In this document: one piece after another, positions 1 through 12,300 of the stretch
Layout: each line of letters starts with the position of its first letter
How positions within the stretch are numbered: position 1 is the first letter of the stretch
Source: Okamejei kenojei
Lineage: Eukaryota
Assembly: GCA_035221665.1 (NCBI GenBank)
Contig: CM069149.1
Coordinates: 1,860,001-1,924,000 of the forward strand
Reading direction: 5' to 3'
Length of the DNA stretch: 64,000 nt
Notes under the pieces: model-generated
The model's database searches: none
Told to the model about the DNA's origin: nothing
Seen by the model: the letters and a program-made list of their open reading frames with translations, nothing else
Program-made: the position numbers and the translations under genes

Positions 1-245
1 ATTGTACTCCTATTCCTTATGACCTTATTGATGTCCTTCATATTTGTACATGTACTTCAATAATGTTATCCCTATGCTCTTGGGGCAAAACACCCCCGTT
101 TATACAGGTTCCACTTGTAACTCAAGCCTACCAGTCCAGGTAATATCTTTATGAATCTTGCAGCACTCTTTCCAGGTTAATAACATCCTTTCATTGGTTA
201 GGTCACCAGAATTGCACGCAATTCTCATCAATGTCCAGTACATTT
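1..245 (-). mobile_element. Decayed CR1 LINE ORF2 3' fragment
   Basis: Similar to the other CR1 copies in the window (reverse complement of the 'CVQFWSP...LERVQRRFTR' region). Confidence 0.6.
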
Positions 246-562
246 GTAACATACAACCCCATAATGTACTTGGTGTTCCATTTTTTATTTATTATACCGA
301 TCCACTCATGATATTGAATTTCACCATAATTTTCACCAATGTAAAATGGATAAAGAAAGAATATAGTTTTTTCCCCCCCGAGTAATTTTTAAATTAAAAT
401 TAGTGTTTTTAAAAATCATTACAATAAAGTCAGCATCCTGGTAGTATGGATTTGTCCCTGATTTGTGTGATATTTTTGTGCATAGTGATTAGTTTATTAG
501 TAGATGTCCCAGTTTATAGGGAATAATAAATACCACGCAAATCCTTGGAAATCCTCGCTTTC

Positions 563-665
563 TGAAGATAGACACAAAATGCTGGGGTAACTCAGCGGGA
601 CAGGCAGCATCTCTGGATCGAAGGAATGGGTGACGTTTCGGGTCGAGACCATTCTTCAGACTGAT
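563..665 (-). mobile_element. Penelope-derived short repeat with a hammerhead-like core
   Basis: The reverse complement of 632-659 is CTGAAGAATGGTCTCGACCCGAAACGTC; homologous to 13135-13265 and to the PLE tail at 46261-46395. Confidence 0.8.
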
Positions 666-1497
666 TCAGTTAGCTGACTTCTGCATATTAAATGGACAGC
701 GGAAAATTGCAAACTGTGTGTGCAGAAGCAGAAGAGAAACAGCCAGCTTTGTTAAATTGGCTGCCCTATTTGAGTCTAATAGATAAATAAAATCTCCCAA
801 TGAACTGTCAGAGGGCAGAATTGTGAAGCCAGCACCCTGGCACTTAGCTTCATTTTGCGGCTTTCCAGGAGAAGTAACAGTGGGCATTAAGTACGCGAGC
901 CCACGTGAAGCTGAGTGTACTCGGTGTCGATGTTAATCATAGCACCATGTCAGAGAGATTTCTCATCATTTCTGCTATAACATTGTTGGATGAATGCAAG
1001 AAATGCCACCAGGTTATTTTATTATGCAGTGCATAGTGAGGGAATCAAGAGGGGAATAATTTTAAGTGGTTCCCTGAAGGAGTGCGGTTGATTACGGAAC
1101 AATTGATTGCACTGTCTTTATGCATGATTTAATGTTCGTTGAAAAATTAGGGTTTACCTTTCAGCCACTTAAGGACAGCATATCCAAGTCTCACCAGAAA
1201 GAGGATGTTCTGTCACTTACTGACGAGTCCTCACTGCGGGGATAATGAGATTATAAAACTGGACTAGTGGGTCCAGGAGCACAAGGTATATAAGTATATT
1301 AGTACTGTATATAAGTATATTATAGGTAGGATCAGGTGTGATTTAAATGTTTTTCAGATTGTTAGCTTGTTGGATTTAACTTTTTGTGGGGCTTTGGGGC
1401 CACACATATAAAATCTTATCTTGTATGAATAAAAACTGTAATTTGGAGTACAGTTTCCAAAGCAAATTAACAAAACAAACATCATTCAGTCACAGCT

Positions 1498-3400
1498 CAT
1501 AGAGTAATTGTCATAGTGTCATAGAGCATGGAAACAGGCCCTTAGGCCCAGCATGTCTATGCCAACCAAGGTGTCCAATCTATACTAGTCCCACCTGTCA
1601 GCATTTGGCCCATATTCCTCTGAACCTTTCCCATGCATGTACCTGTCCAAATGTCTTTAAAATATTGTTATTGTTTCTGCCTCAACTATATCCTCTGGCA
1701 GCTCATTCCATAAACCTGTGTGACGAAATTGTCATTGGAGCAGAATTAGGTCATTCAGACCATCTACTCTGCCATTTAATTATGGCCGACCTATCTTTCC
1801 CTCTCAATCCCATTTTCCTGCCTTCTCCCCATAACCTTTGACACCCTTACTCATCAACAATCTGTCAATTTCCGCTTTAAACATTTCCAATGACTTGGCC
1901 TCCACAGCTGTCTGTGGCAATGAATTCCACAGATTCACCACAATCTGACCAAATAAATTCTTCCTCTACTCCTTTCTAAAGGTGTGTCCTTTTATTCTGA
2001 GGCCATGCCCTCTGGTCCTAGATTTATCCTCTCCACATCCAGTCTATCCAGGTATATCATTATTTGGTAAGTTTCAATTAGCTTCCCCCTCTTTTCCTCT
2101 GATTCTTGATTCCCCTACTCTGGGTAAAATACACTGTGCATCTACTCTATCTATTCCTCTTATGATCTTGTACATCTCTATAAGATCACCTCTCATTCTC
2201 CTACGTTCCAAGGAGTACAGTCCTAGCCTGGCAACCTCTCCCTATAGCTCAGGACCTTGGGTCCTGGCAACATCCTCGCAAATCTTCTCCACAAACTTTC
2301 CAGCTTAAGACCATCATTCCTATGGCAGGGTGACCAAAACTGACTGATGAAGGTCAATGTGCCAAAAACCTTCTTGACCACCTTATCTACTTGTAATGCC
2401 ACTTTCAAGGCATTATGTTCCTGCTCTCCTAGACCACCCTGCTCTACAACTCTACCCCAGAGCCCTGCCATTCCTGCCATGGTTGCACTTCCCAAAATGC
2501 AATACCTTGCACTTATCTGCATTAAACTCCATTAACTCAGCCCACTTGCCCAAATGATCAAGATCTTGCTGCAAGATAACCATCTTCACTATCTACAATA
2601 CCACTCACTTTAGTGCCATCTGCAAATTTATTAATGATGCCATGCACATTTTCATCTAAATCGTTGATCTAAACCACAAACAGCAATGGACCCAGCATTG
2701 ATCATGGAGGCACACCACTAGACACACGAAAGTCTGAAAGACAACCTTCCGCAATTACTCTCTGCATCCTTCCATGATGCCAATTTTCTATTCAGTTGCA
2801 GGCTCACCCAGAGCAGCCTACCAGAACCTTGTCAAATGCCTTGCTGAAATCCGTATAAATAACATCCACAGCTCTGCCTTCATCAACGTTTTTTGGTTAC
2901 ATCTTCAAAAAACTCAATCAGATTCTTGAGACACGATCTCCCACACACAAAACTGTGCCAACTATCCTTAATCAGCCCTTGTCTATCTATGTTAACCCTC
3001 AAAGTTTTGTAACTTTCTAACCACAGACGTTAGGCTCATTGGCCCGTAGTTCCAGGGTTTTGCATGAAGCCCTTCTTCAATAGAGGCATGAAATGTGCCT
3101 CCCTCCAGTCTTCCAGTTCCTCAAACATCTTTAATGATGAGTCATATCACAGACACGGCACCTATAATTCCTTCTCTAGATTCCCACTTTGGCCTTGAAC
3201 ATATCTGATCTGTCCCGGAAGATTTATCTACCTTCATATGGGGTAGGACGTTTATCATCTCCTTGACCTTAATTCTGATTGCCCTCAAGGCATTTCCATT
3301 GACTGCCCCACGTCCTTGGTCTTCATGTCTTCCTCCATGGTAAAACAGCATGGTTGAGTTGGTCTAAAGGGACTGTTTCTGTGCTGTATGACTCTGTGAC
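1498..3400 (-). mobile_element. Cluster of decayed CR1 fragments (family A, with a family B tail nested at about 1735-2050)
   Basis: Minus-strand ORF remnants such as 'FWSPCHRNDGLKLESLWRRFARMLPG' and 'MKVDKSSGTDQI', plus CR1 3' tails ending in (ctatga)-like repeats. Confidence 0.8.
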
Positions 3401-3699
3401 ACTATTTGGGAATGAAGCGGGAAAGGTCATGGATGTTGTTGTTAAATGCACTAAAATATAAATTGTAAAAGTTACTTGCTCCCCAGGTTCAGACCATCTT
3501 CAACCGTAAGCATTCAATTGCAGTTTGCAGCCGCATGGCACATTAACAGATTTTTGTGTCAGTAATCAAATGAAAACCTGGCATAGGATTTAATGGGTAG
3601 GCATATGAAGATGGGAAAATTAATAATGTTGTTTTACAGAAGCAAATAAGGATTTTTGAGGCACAATAACTGGATTCCATTGTGCCAATGACAACTGCC

Positions 3700-3820
3700 T
3701 TTGAATAGGAAAGATTTGGAGGGATATGGGCTGTGCGCAGGCTAGTGGGACTAGTCAATTGGTCAGCATGGATGAGTTGGCCCCAAGGGCCTGTTTATGA
3801 ACTGTATAGCTCTATAACTC
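3700..3820 (+). mobile_element. CR1 3' tail fragment
   Basis: gaataggaaagatttggagggatatgg...gggcctgttt...tatagctctata, matching other CR1 tails. Confidence 0.65.
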
Positions 3821-3902
3821 CAAAATAACATCAGGTAACAGTACCAATGAGAAAATAGCCTTTGCTATCATTAACCTTATACCTAGATGATACCTAAACC
3901 GG

Positions 3903-4222
3903 CCCAGTGGCACAGCAGTAGAATTGCAGCCTTACAGCGCTTGCAGTGCCAGAAACCTGGGTTCGATCCCGACTACAGGTGCTGTCTGTACGGAGTTTGT
4001 ACGTTCTCCCCATGACCGCTTGGATTTTCTCTGAAAATCTTCGGTTTCTTCCCACACTCCAAAGACATACAGGTTTGTAGGTTAATTGGCTTGGTATAAG
4101 TGTAAAATTGTCCCCAGTGTGTGTAGGATAGTGATAATGTGCAAGGATCGCTGGTCGGTGCGGACACGGTGGGCTGAAGGGCCTGTCTCCGCGCTGTATC
4201 TCTAAAGTAAACTTAACTAAAA
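3903..4222 (+). mobile_element. tRNA-derived SINE (HE1-like chondrichthyan SINE)
   Basis: A-box-like tggcacagcag, B-box ggttcgatcc, shared core ggtgctgtctgtacggagtttgtacg, CR1-like 3' end and (ctaaa)n tail. Confidence 0.85.
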
Positions 4223-5717
4223 TAGAAAAAAACTATTTATCGATGTTTTGATTTGGATGAAGGTCAAAGTGAGCCTTGGGAAATGCCAAAAAATGATGAT
4301 GGGGTGCTGCACATTTCTGAATGTTATCATTGGTTGAAGTTTCATTTGGAGTTTAGAATAGGAAGCACAGAAGATCAGAACAAAGGATCACAACATGCAC
4401 TTTGCAAACTAACCATTGCAGACAGGAAGCAGCATTTTAAGGAGTTCAATTTCTTTAAAGAGTTCTGAAATTGCATTTTTTAGACAAATTTGCAATCAGG
4501 AAACTGCCATTCATCTTGCTTATTTACATTTGCCAGACCATCTCATATTTTCTGTTAAGTTTGCTTTCAGTTAGCAGATGTTTGCTCTTTTGCACTATGA
4601 AATAAGATGATTGCAAGATAAATGATTAAACATTAAGCTCTGCTGTCTACATGTTTGATATGATTTTCTGGTATGTTTTCCCCTTATGTACCGTAAAACC
4701 TTCCACATCGGTAGGCTCACTGGGTTTCATTTTAGTTAAATGGCATTGACGACTGAACACTTCAAGGTCTGGCTGGTTTCAGAGAGCACAGAAAGTATGC
4801 GATGTCTTTCTCCAACAAACTATGATGTACATCCTATGCTGTCACTACCGTATGCTCACTGCTGCTAGATGCAGCCATCTCTGTCACTTGTCTGGAACTA
4901 AAGAAAGTCCTTAACCTGTCATAAATGTGCGTTCCCTCAGCTGCAGCAGTGTTACTTCATCCATGCTGCCACTTCATCATGTCTACTGCTCTGTTCGGGC
5001 AGAAATTTGGTAGTAGTGGAACTCTTCTCAACTGGCTACCTATAATACATTTCTAAACAAGTTGAAACATCTTCAAATGTGAGATCCAAGTCTTTGCAGC
5101 GTAAGTGGAGGTGCACTTCAGAGACACTTCTACTGACCCAGTGTAAGGAAAGATTCTCAGAAGGATCCCTGTTGTGTTGCATCAGCAATTTTGCCTCAAC
5201 TCAACTAGCATGTTCAATGTACTCAGTATAATGGCCCAGATTTCCTTGATTGGAGCCACCAACAGTATTCTGGATGAAGCAGCATCGTGTGGAGAGAAAT
5301 GGACAGATATCCTTTCAGTTCATGATGTTTCTTCAAACTTCTTCAGTCTGACCAGAATCATCGTCTGACCATTCCTATCCCACCGAGTTCCGCCATCACT
5401 TATTTTCACAAGATTCCACCATCTGCAGTTTCTTTTGTCGCTTTTCTTGATTGGAGTTTGCTGTCCACATTTTTCATTCCGCAGAGTATACGAGATTGCA
5501 TTTTGCTGGTCAAGCTCTGAAGGCGGATGGTGATTCCACGGACAGCAAAGATGTGACTGAGTGAAGCAAGTGGACCAGAACAACCCTCACACCCAGGTCT
5601 GCCGTACAGCAAAGCTGACAACATTTACCACTGCGTCTGAATCTATCTGACTTCTTGTGAACTCCAGCAGAACACTGCTGGGAAATAGTGAATAAAGCTA
5701 AGCCATTAATATCTGGA

Positions 5718-6194
5718 TACCATATAAACCATATTACAATTACAGCACGGAGACAGGCCCTCTCGGCCCTTCCAGTCCGTGCCGACCATTTGTTTTCCCC
5801 TAGTCCCATCTACCTGCACTCAGACCATACCCCTCCATTCCCTTCACGTCCATATACCTATCCACTTTACTTTTAAATGTTAAAATCGATCCTGCCTCCA
5901 CCACCTCTGCTGGAAGCTCATTCCACACAGCCACCACCCTCTGAGTAAAGAAGTTCCCCCTCACGTTACCCCTAAACTTCTGTCCCTTAATTCTCATGTC
6001 ATGCCCTCTTGTTTGAATCTTCCCTACCCTCAATGGGAAAAGCTTATCCACGTCAACTCTGTCTATCCCTTTCATCATTTTAAAGACCTCAATCAAGTCA
6101 CCCCTTAACCTTCTGCGCTCCAAAGAATAAAGACCTAACTTGTTCAACCTTTCTCTGTAACATAGTTGCTGGAACCCTGGCAACATTCTAGTAA
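5718..6194 (-). mobile_element. Young 5'-truncated CR1 LINE (ORF2 C-terminus intact)
   Basis: The ORF at 5800-6186 gives the same peptide as the C-terminal 128 aa of ORF 20925-21506. Confidence 0.92.
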
Positions 6195-6699
6195 TATGTT
6201 GGCCAAATATGACATCTCATGTATTTGGCCAACATTTCCAGTATAAAACACAACAAAGTACAGGCCAATAACTTTCCCTTATCTTCAATTTGTAATTCCA
6301 TAAAATCACCCCTTTTTATTCTAAAGTGTTTGTGGGGGATGTTGAACCTCTTGTAAAAGGAGTGTCAGGTGTGGTGCTAATTGTAAAAATCTAGAATACG
6401 ACCCAGCCCATTACAAACACACCTACTTCTGAACTACAACATGTTTTCCTGTCGTGAACTTCAAGTGTAGCTGGGTTCTTACCATAGATCATGGCTGCAG
6501 ACAAGGTTCCCAGAACTCAGTGAAGTTAGCAGGTAAAAACAGGTGGGATCGGCCAGACCAAGCAAGTAAATAACGCTGTTGCATTCTCCACAAGCCTACT
6601 GGGGCAATAATAATATGCATTTATCCTGGTGTGTACTGTACCATCATTTGTTTGTGTAAAACTATTTTTTATGATTTAATTAAAAAGATGTTCCAACCA

Positions 6700-6855
6700 A
6701 CATCAAACACTTTGTCAGGTACATGGATAGGAAAGGTTTGGAGGGATCTATGCCAAATGTGAGCAAGTGGAATTAGCTTGGATGGGGAATCTTGGTCAGC
6801 ATGAACTAGTTGGACCAATGGACCTGTTTCCATGCTAGATGACTCTATGACTGAC
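6700..6855 (+). mobile_element. CR1 3' tail fragment
   Basis: caggtacatggataggaaaggtttggaggga...gactctatgact. Confidence 0.7.
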
Positions 6856-7234
6856 AAGTAAACTATGCTGAGTCCATGGTTAGTTACTAAGTCTAGTCAC
6901 TCTGCAGAGGTGGTGATCACTGTAGATTATGTGAGGAATCCTGAGATATTGGCCCAGCCACTGAAGATACTACAGTCATAATACCTTGCTTGGTTTACAT
7001 ATTTATAACATGGCCACGTGAGGAGTTATGGACTCTGATTCTGTCTGCGGAGACCACACTTTTGCACATTTTCAAATGTTAACTTTGAAATGTTCAGCAA
7101 AAGCATGATGATAGGATGTTAGGTGAATAGGGCCTTTAGTCTCTTTGGTTGCATTTTTCAAATGCTCCACTGTTTTTCTTTTCAGATTACAACAACGGTA
7201 ACCTGAGATTTAGTGAGTTATCCAGGATGAATCT

Positions 7235-8330
7235 CTTAGAGTCATAGAGTCTACAATCTTCTGTCCAACTTGGCCATGCTGCCCAAAAGTCCCATCCAAA
7301 TTAATCTAATTTGCCTGCCACTGGCCCATATCTTTCTAAACCTTTCCATGTAACTGTTGACATGTCTTTTACACATTGTTATTTTACCTGCCTCAACTAG
7401 TTCACCACTCCTTTCATATACCCACCCCCATCTGTGTGAAAAAGTTGCCACTCAGTTTCCCATTAACTCTTTCCCATCTCAACTTAAACCTGTGCCCTCG
7501 AGTTTTTGACTCTTAAATACACTTTTCTCTCGGTCTATTCCCTCAATACTTTATACCCCTCAACCTGCTCGGCTCCAAGGAATAATGCCATAGCCTGCCC
7601 AATCCTTCCCCATAGCACAGGTCGTCGAGTCCCAGCAACATTATCGTAAATCTTCTATGCACACTTTCCAGCTTAACCTATCCTGCAGCAGGGTGACCAA
7701 AATTGAATGAACACTTAGAGTGTGACCTCACGAACATCACGTACAATTGTAAAATAACATTGAAATTTCCATACTCATTTCCCTGGATGATGAAGGTCAG
7801 TATGCCAAAGCCTTCCTGACTTTTGTATCTACGAGCAATGCACTTTCAGGGGACTGTGTCCTTGTACGTTTTGAACCCTTGGCTCTAAACACTCCACAGG
7901 CCTCTACACGGCAAAGGTGCTGCCTTAGTTTCATCACAAAGTGCAACGCGTCACACTTGAATCAAACTCCATTTGCCATCCCTGGCCTATTGCTCAGCTG
8001 ATCAACAACACACTAATTTTTGATAACTATCTTTATTGTCTACAACAGCACCTGTTTTTGTGTCATGTGAAAACTTAATAACCATGCCTTGTACATTCTC
8101 ATCCAAGTAATTGATATCGATGACAAAGAGCAATTGCATAGACCCTGAGGCGCATTATTAGTCACAGACCACTAGGCTGATAAACATCCTACCATTACTG
8201 TCCTCTGTTGCCGCCCAACAATTTGGTATCCAGTTAGTTAGCCCTTCCTTGATCCTATGCAATTTAACCTTCCAGAGCAGCCTACCACACAGAACCTTAT
8301 CAAAGGCCTTACTGGTGTCCATATAGTCCA
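7235..8330 (-). mobile_element. Old CR1 LINE fragment (RT to 3' end)
   Basis: RT remnant 'YMDTSKAFDKVLCGRLLWKV'; the 3' tail lies at about 7235. Confidence 0.8.
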
Positions 8331-8450
8331 TGTGCCCGGAGAAAACCCACGTGGTCACAGGGAACTGTGTACAGACAGCACCCGTAGTCAGGATCAAACC
8401 CGGGTCTCTGGCGCTGTAAGGCAGTGTCTACTACTGCACCACCGTGCCCC
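8331..8450 (-). mobile_element. SINE 5' half
   Basis: Reverse complement of the SINE head (gggcacggtggtgcagtagtag...gggtttgatcctgactacgggtgctgtctgt). Confidence 0.75.
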
Positions 8451-9129
8451 ATACAGTGCAGAGTCTGGCCCTGATTTTCTTAGTATCCCTACACTATTGA
8501 CTATTATATTTGTGCAGTTGGCAGCGAAAAACAGCATTCTGACATTTATACAAGTTAATTGGCTCATTATCTGCTTCAGAAACATTATAGGATCATTATT
8601 GCATAGGTGTTTTGATTGGCTGCTGGTGTTTGTTGCTACAACGGTAATTTCATTCTCTGTGATTGTATATTTTAAATGCCATGCACCTCTCAGTGACTAT
8701 ATGCTTCACAATTATGACATTTTATAGTCTGCGAGTTACCCTCCAGAGTTCCTTTCTCTGCTTGAGCACATTCCTTATAATTTCTGGATGTAAACCTTCA
8801 TATTGTGATCCACAGTACATATTTACCTTTTAAAAAAAATTACATCTCAATAACTATCTCATTAGCTTAATTTAGCACTCAGCTACTCAGGCGTCATCTC
8901 CTAAAATTGGAGGTGGTTTTCAAAAATCATAACTGAGGGGAGTTATTCTGGATGCTGACAACAGTCTCCGCCAGGGTGAAAGTATGCTGACGTGAATCTG
9001 GGCCCCTGCCCTCACTGAAATAGTTCCTGTGATTCACTACGACTGAAAGAGACGTCATCTAGTGGAATTAATGTGCGCTCGTAGAAAGCCCAAAAAAAAT
9101 CATATTAATTTGGATCCAGCCACTTGAGT

Positions 9130-9200
9130 CGAAATATCACCTATTCATTTTCTCTGGAGATGCTGCCTGACCCAATGAGCCACTCCAGCCTTTTGTGCCT
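9130..9200 (+). mobile_element. Penelope-derived short repeat fragment
   Basis: ttctctggagatgctgcctgaccc...actccagc...ttgtg, homologous to 13170-13230. Confidence 0.65.
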
Positions 9201-9265
9201 ACACTCCGTTCAAAGCCCAGGTCAGCCTGTGGCTGAGACAAGGATATGTGGGATTAATGGTCAGA

Positions 9266-9573
9266 AGGCCATAGAGGGGGTTCAGTGAAGGTTCACCAGA
9301 CTGATTCCTGGGATGTCGGGACTTTCATATGAAGAAAGACTGGATAGACTCGGCTTGTACTCACTGGAATTTAGAAGTTTGAGGGGTGATCTTATAGAAA
9401 CTTACACATTTCTTAAAGGGTTGGACAAGCTAGATGCAGCAAGATTGTTCCCGATGTTGGGGGAGTCCAGAACAAGGGCTCACAGTCTAAGGATAAGGGG
9501 GAATCCCTTTAGGATCGAGATGATGAAAACATTCTTTATACAGAGAGTGGTGAGTCTTTGGAATTCTCTGCCT
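9266..9573 (+). mobile_element. CR1 family B ORF2 C-terminal fragment
   Basis: ORF 9313: 'GLSYEERLDRLGLYSLEFRSLRGDLIETY...SLWNSLP'. Confidence 0.88.
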
Positions 9574-10025
9574 AACCCTGCTTTAAACTTCTCCACAACT
9601 TTATGCCTGGCCTGTCTGGTGTGTTCCTTGAGCTTCATGATGCTGTTTGTTCACTAATGTTCTCTAACAAACCTCTGAGGCCTTCACAGAACAGCTGTAT
9701 TTATACTGAGATTAGATTACACACAAGTGGACTCTATTTACTAATTACTAATTAGATGACTTCTGAAGGCAATTGGTTGCACTGGATTTTATTTAGGGGT
9801 ATCAGAGTAAAGGGGGCTGAATACTTTTGCACGCCACACTTTTCAGTTTATTATTTGTAAAAAAATTTGAAAACCATGTATCATTTTCCTTCCACTTCAC
9901 AATTATGCGCCACTTTGTGTTGGTCTATCACATAAAATCCCAATAAAATACATTTACATTTGTGGTTGTAACGTGACAAAATGTGGAATAGTTCAAGGGG
10001 TATGAAAACTTTTGCAAGCCACTTG
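9571..10025 (-). mobile_element. Tc1-family (Passport-like, IR/DR type) DNA transposon left end with transposase start
   Basis: Terminus ...gcaagccacttg|TA at 10025; inner and outer direct repeats at 9810-9839 and 9995-10023. The minus-strand ATG at 9638 gives MKLKEHTRQARHKVVEKFKAGLG, like the recalled Passport N-terminus MKTKELTKQVRDKVVEKYEAGLG. Confidence 0.85.
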
Positions 10026-10227
10026 TAAATGCGTGAGTTATCAGAGTAACAGTCGGTGAGCCTTTGGAAGCTTCAGACTCTTTTGTTGCAAAATGGCTGA
10101 TCCTGAAGTTCTGGTTTCTGCTGCGGAGGGAAAGGATGTGGGACATCTATTTGAATCTATTTTATGCCTGCTTTGGAATGGACATTAAGGCATCAAGGCA
10201 GTAGTCTCAGTGTAATGCTGCAGAAAG

Positions 10228-10395
10228 GAATGGCATGGCCTGCCAGCAGAGGTAGTTGAGGCAGAAATAATCCCAATGTTTAAGAAACACTTAGACAGGT
10301 ACATGGATAGAACAGGTTGGAGGGATATGGACCAAACACTGGCAGGTCGTACTAGTGTAGCTGTTGGGCCTGTTTCCACGCTGTATGTCTCTATG
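10228..10395 (+). mobile_element. CR1 family A 3' tail
   Basis: 'MFKKHLDRYMDRTG' remnant followed by the tail. Confidence 0.75.
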
Positions 10396-10576
10396 AAATT
10401 GTTGCATGCGTCAATAAGTGCACTTTATGGTAATTCTGCTGCAAGCCTGGGACCACTTTGAATTTTTCCAAATGTAGGGTATGTGACTTGCTAACTTTCC
10501 TTTTCAAGAATAACATCCATTTGAGACCAGGGAATAAAGTGTGAGTCATACGTGTGAGAAAAAACAGAGAATTATT

Positions 10577-11420
10577 GAAACATAGACACATAGGAAAAAA
10601 AACTTCGAGCCAGCACCGCCATTCATTGTGACCATGGCTGTTATAGTCCAGTTAGTCTGACATTGGTGGTGGGGAATATGCTGGAGTCAATTATAAAAGG
10701 TGAAATAGCGGCACATTTGGATAGCAGTAACAGGACGGGTCCGAGTCAGCATGGATTTACGAAGGGGAAATCTTGCTCGATTAATCTGGAATTTCTTGAG
10801 GATATAACTAGGAAAATAGACAAGTGAGAGCCAGTGGACTTTCAGAAAGTATTTGATAATGTTCCACATAGGAGACTAGTGGGCAAAATTTGAGCACATG
10901 GTTACTGACATGGATAGAAAATTTGGTTGGCAGACAGAAAACAAAGAGTAGGGATTAATGGGTCCCTTGATAGCTTGGAGGATAGCTTGGAGCGGCTGGG
11001 CTTGTATACTCTGGAATTTAGAAGGATGAGAGGGAATCTTATTGAAACATATAAGATTATCAAGGGATTGGACACGCTAGAGGCAGGAAACATGTTCTTG
11101 ATGTTGGGGGAATCCAGAACCAGGGGCCATAGTTTAAGAATTATGGGTGGGCCATTTAGAACGGAGACGAGGAAAAACTTTTTCACCCGGAGAGTTGTGA
11201 ATCTGTGGAATTCTCTGCCTCAAGGCAGTGGAGGCCAATTCTCTGGATGCTTTCAAGAGAGAGTTAGAGAGAGTTATTAAAGACAGCGGAGTCAGGGGAT
11301 ATAGGGAGAAGGCAGGAATGGGGTACTGATTGTAGGTGATCAGCCATGATCACATTGAATGGCGATGCTGGTTCGAAGGGCTGAATGGCCTATTCCTGCA
11401 CCTATTGTCTATTGTCTATA
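10577..11420 (+). mobile_element. CR1 family B with internal deletions (short inverted tail piece at 10577-10640)
   Basis: RT remnants 'SQHGFTKGKSC', 'ADRKQRVGING' and 'LERLGLYTLEFRRMRG'; tail cctattcctgcacctattgtctattgtcta. Confidence 0.85.
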
Positions 11421-11621
11421 GTCTAACTCAGGAAGGAAAAGGTGTTGGCTAGCATTTTTTTTTATTTATCTGCTCTTTCTCTGCAACATTATATTCTGGG
11501 CTCTGTTTCCTTTTATCTTTTTGGACTACCTGTTGTGCTTATGTAGTTTGAATATAATCGTATATGGTATGACTTGCCCAGATAATGGTGATTGGTGTTC
11601 ACCAACACTGGTATCCACCAA

Positions 11622-11921
11622 GGGCGACACAAAGACACAGTGGTAAAGTTGTTGCCTTATAGCGCCAGAGATCCGGGTTCCATCCTGACTACAGGTACGG
11701 TCTGTACGCAGTTGGTACGTTCTCCCCGTGACCTGCGTGAGTTTTCCCCGGGTCCTCCCAGACTCCAAAGACGGAGAGGTTTATAGATGAATTAGCTTCA
11801 ATAATGATTGGAAATTGTCCGTAGTGTGTAGGATAATGCTAGTGTACGGGGATCGCTGGGCGGCGTGGACTGGGTGGGCCGAAGGGCCTGTTTCTGCGTT
11901 GTTTCTCTGAACTAAACTAAA
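11622..11921 (+). mobile_element. tRNA-derived SINE
   Basis: Homologous along its length to 3903-4222; (ctaaa) tail. Confidence 0.85.
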
Positions 11922-12175
11922 TATCTTCAAAACTGCCTGTTATTTTCCAAAACAGAAACTGGCATCAAATTTGGTATATTTGCAAAAATCTTGGCCGCAA
12001 CAAAAAGTTCAAAAGGAATTGAGAGCTTTGAGTAGTGGAGGTAAGTATTAGTTTATTATTTTCAGGTATAACGAGATATAGTGAAAAAATCTTTGTAATC
12101 CATATCGTAAATGACTACAGTTAAACAATACTTGAGCCCAAAGGATGCAGACTCCCCAAGCGGAAGAATCAGGGA

Positions 12176-12300
12176 GTCTCTCGTTTCCCTGATCCCTGAC
12201 CAGTCTGAAGAAGGGTCTTGACCCGAAACGTCGCCTATCTCCTTCGCTCCTTAGATGCTGCTGCACCTGCTGAGTTTCTCCAGCTTTTTGTGTAACCCTT
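12176..12300 (+). mobile_element. Penelope-derived repeat (subfamily 2) with an intact hammerhead-like core at 12205-12232
   Basis: CTGAAGA-AGGGTCTTGACCC-GAAAC-GTC; near-identical in reverse complement to 23272-23365. Confidence 0.82.

Noticed and set aside
3903-3975. tRNA genes at SINE heads (also 11622, 20841 and the B-box-like gttcgaatc at about 62223)
   Set aside because: A/B boxes are present but there is no full cloverleaf; the first three continue into SINE bodies.
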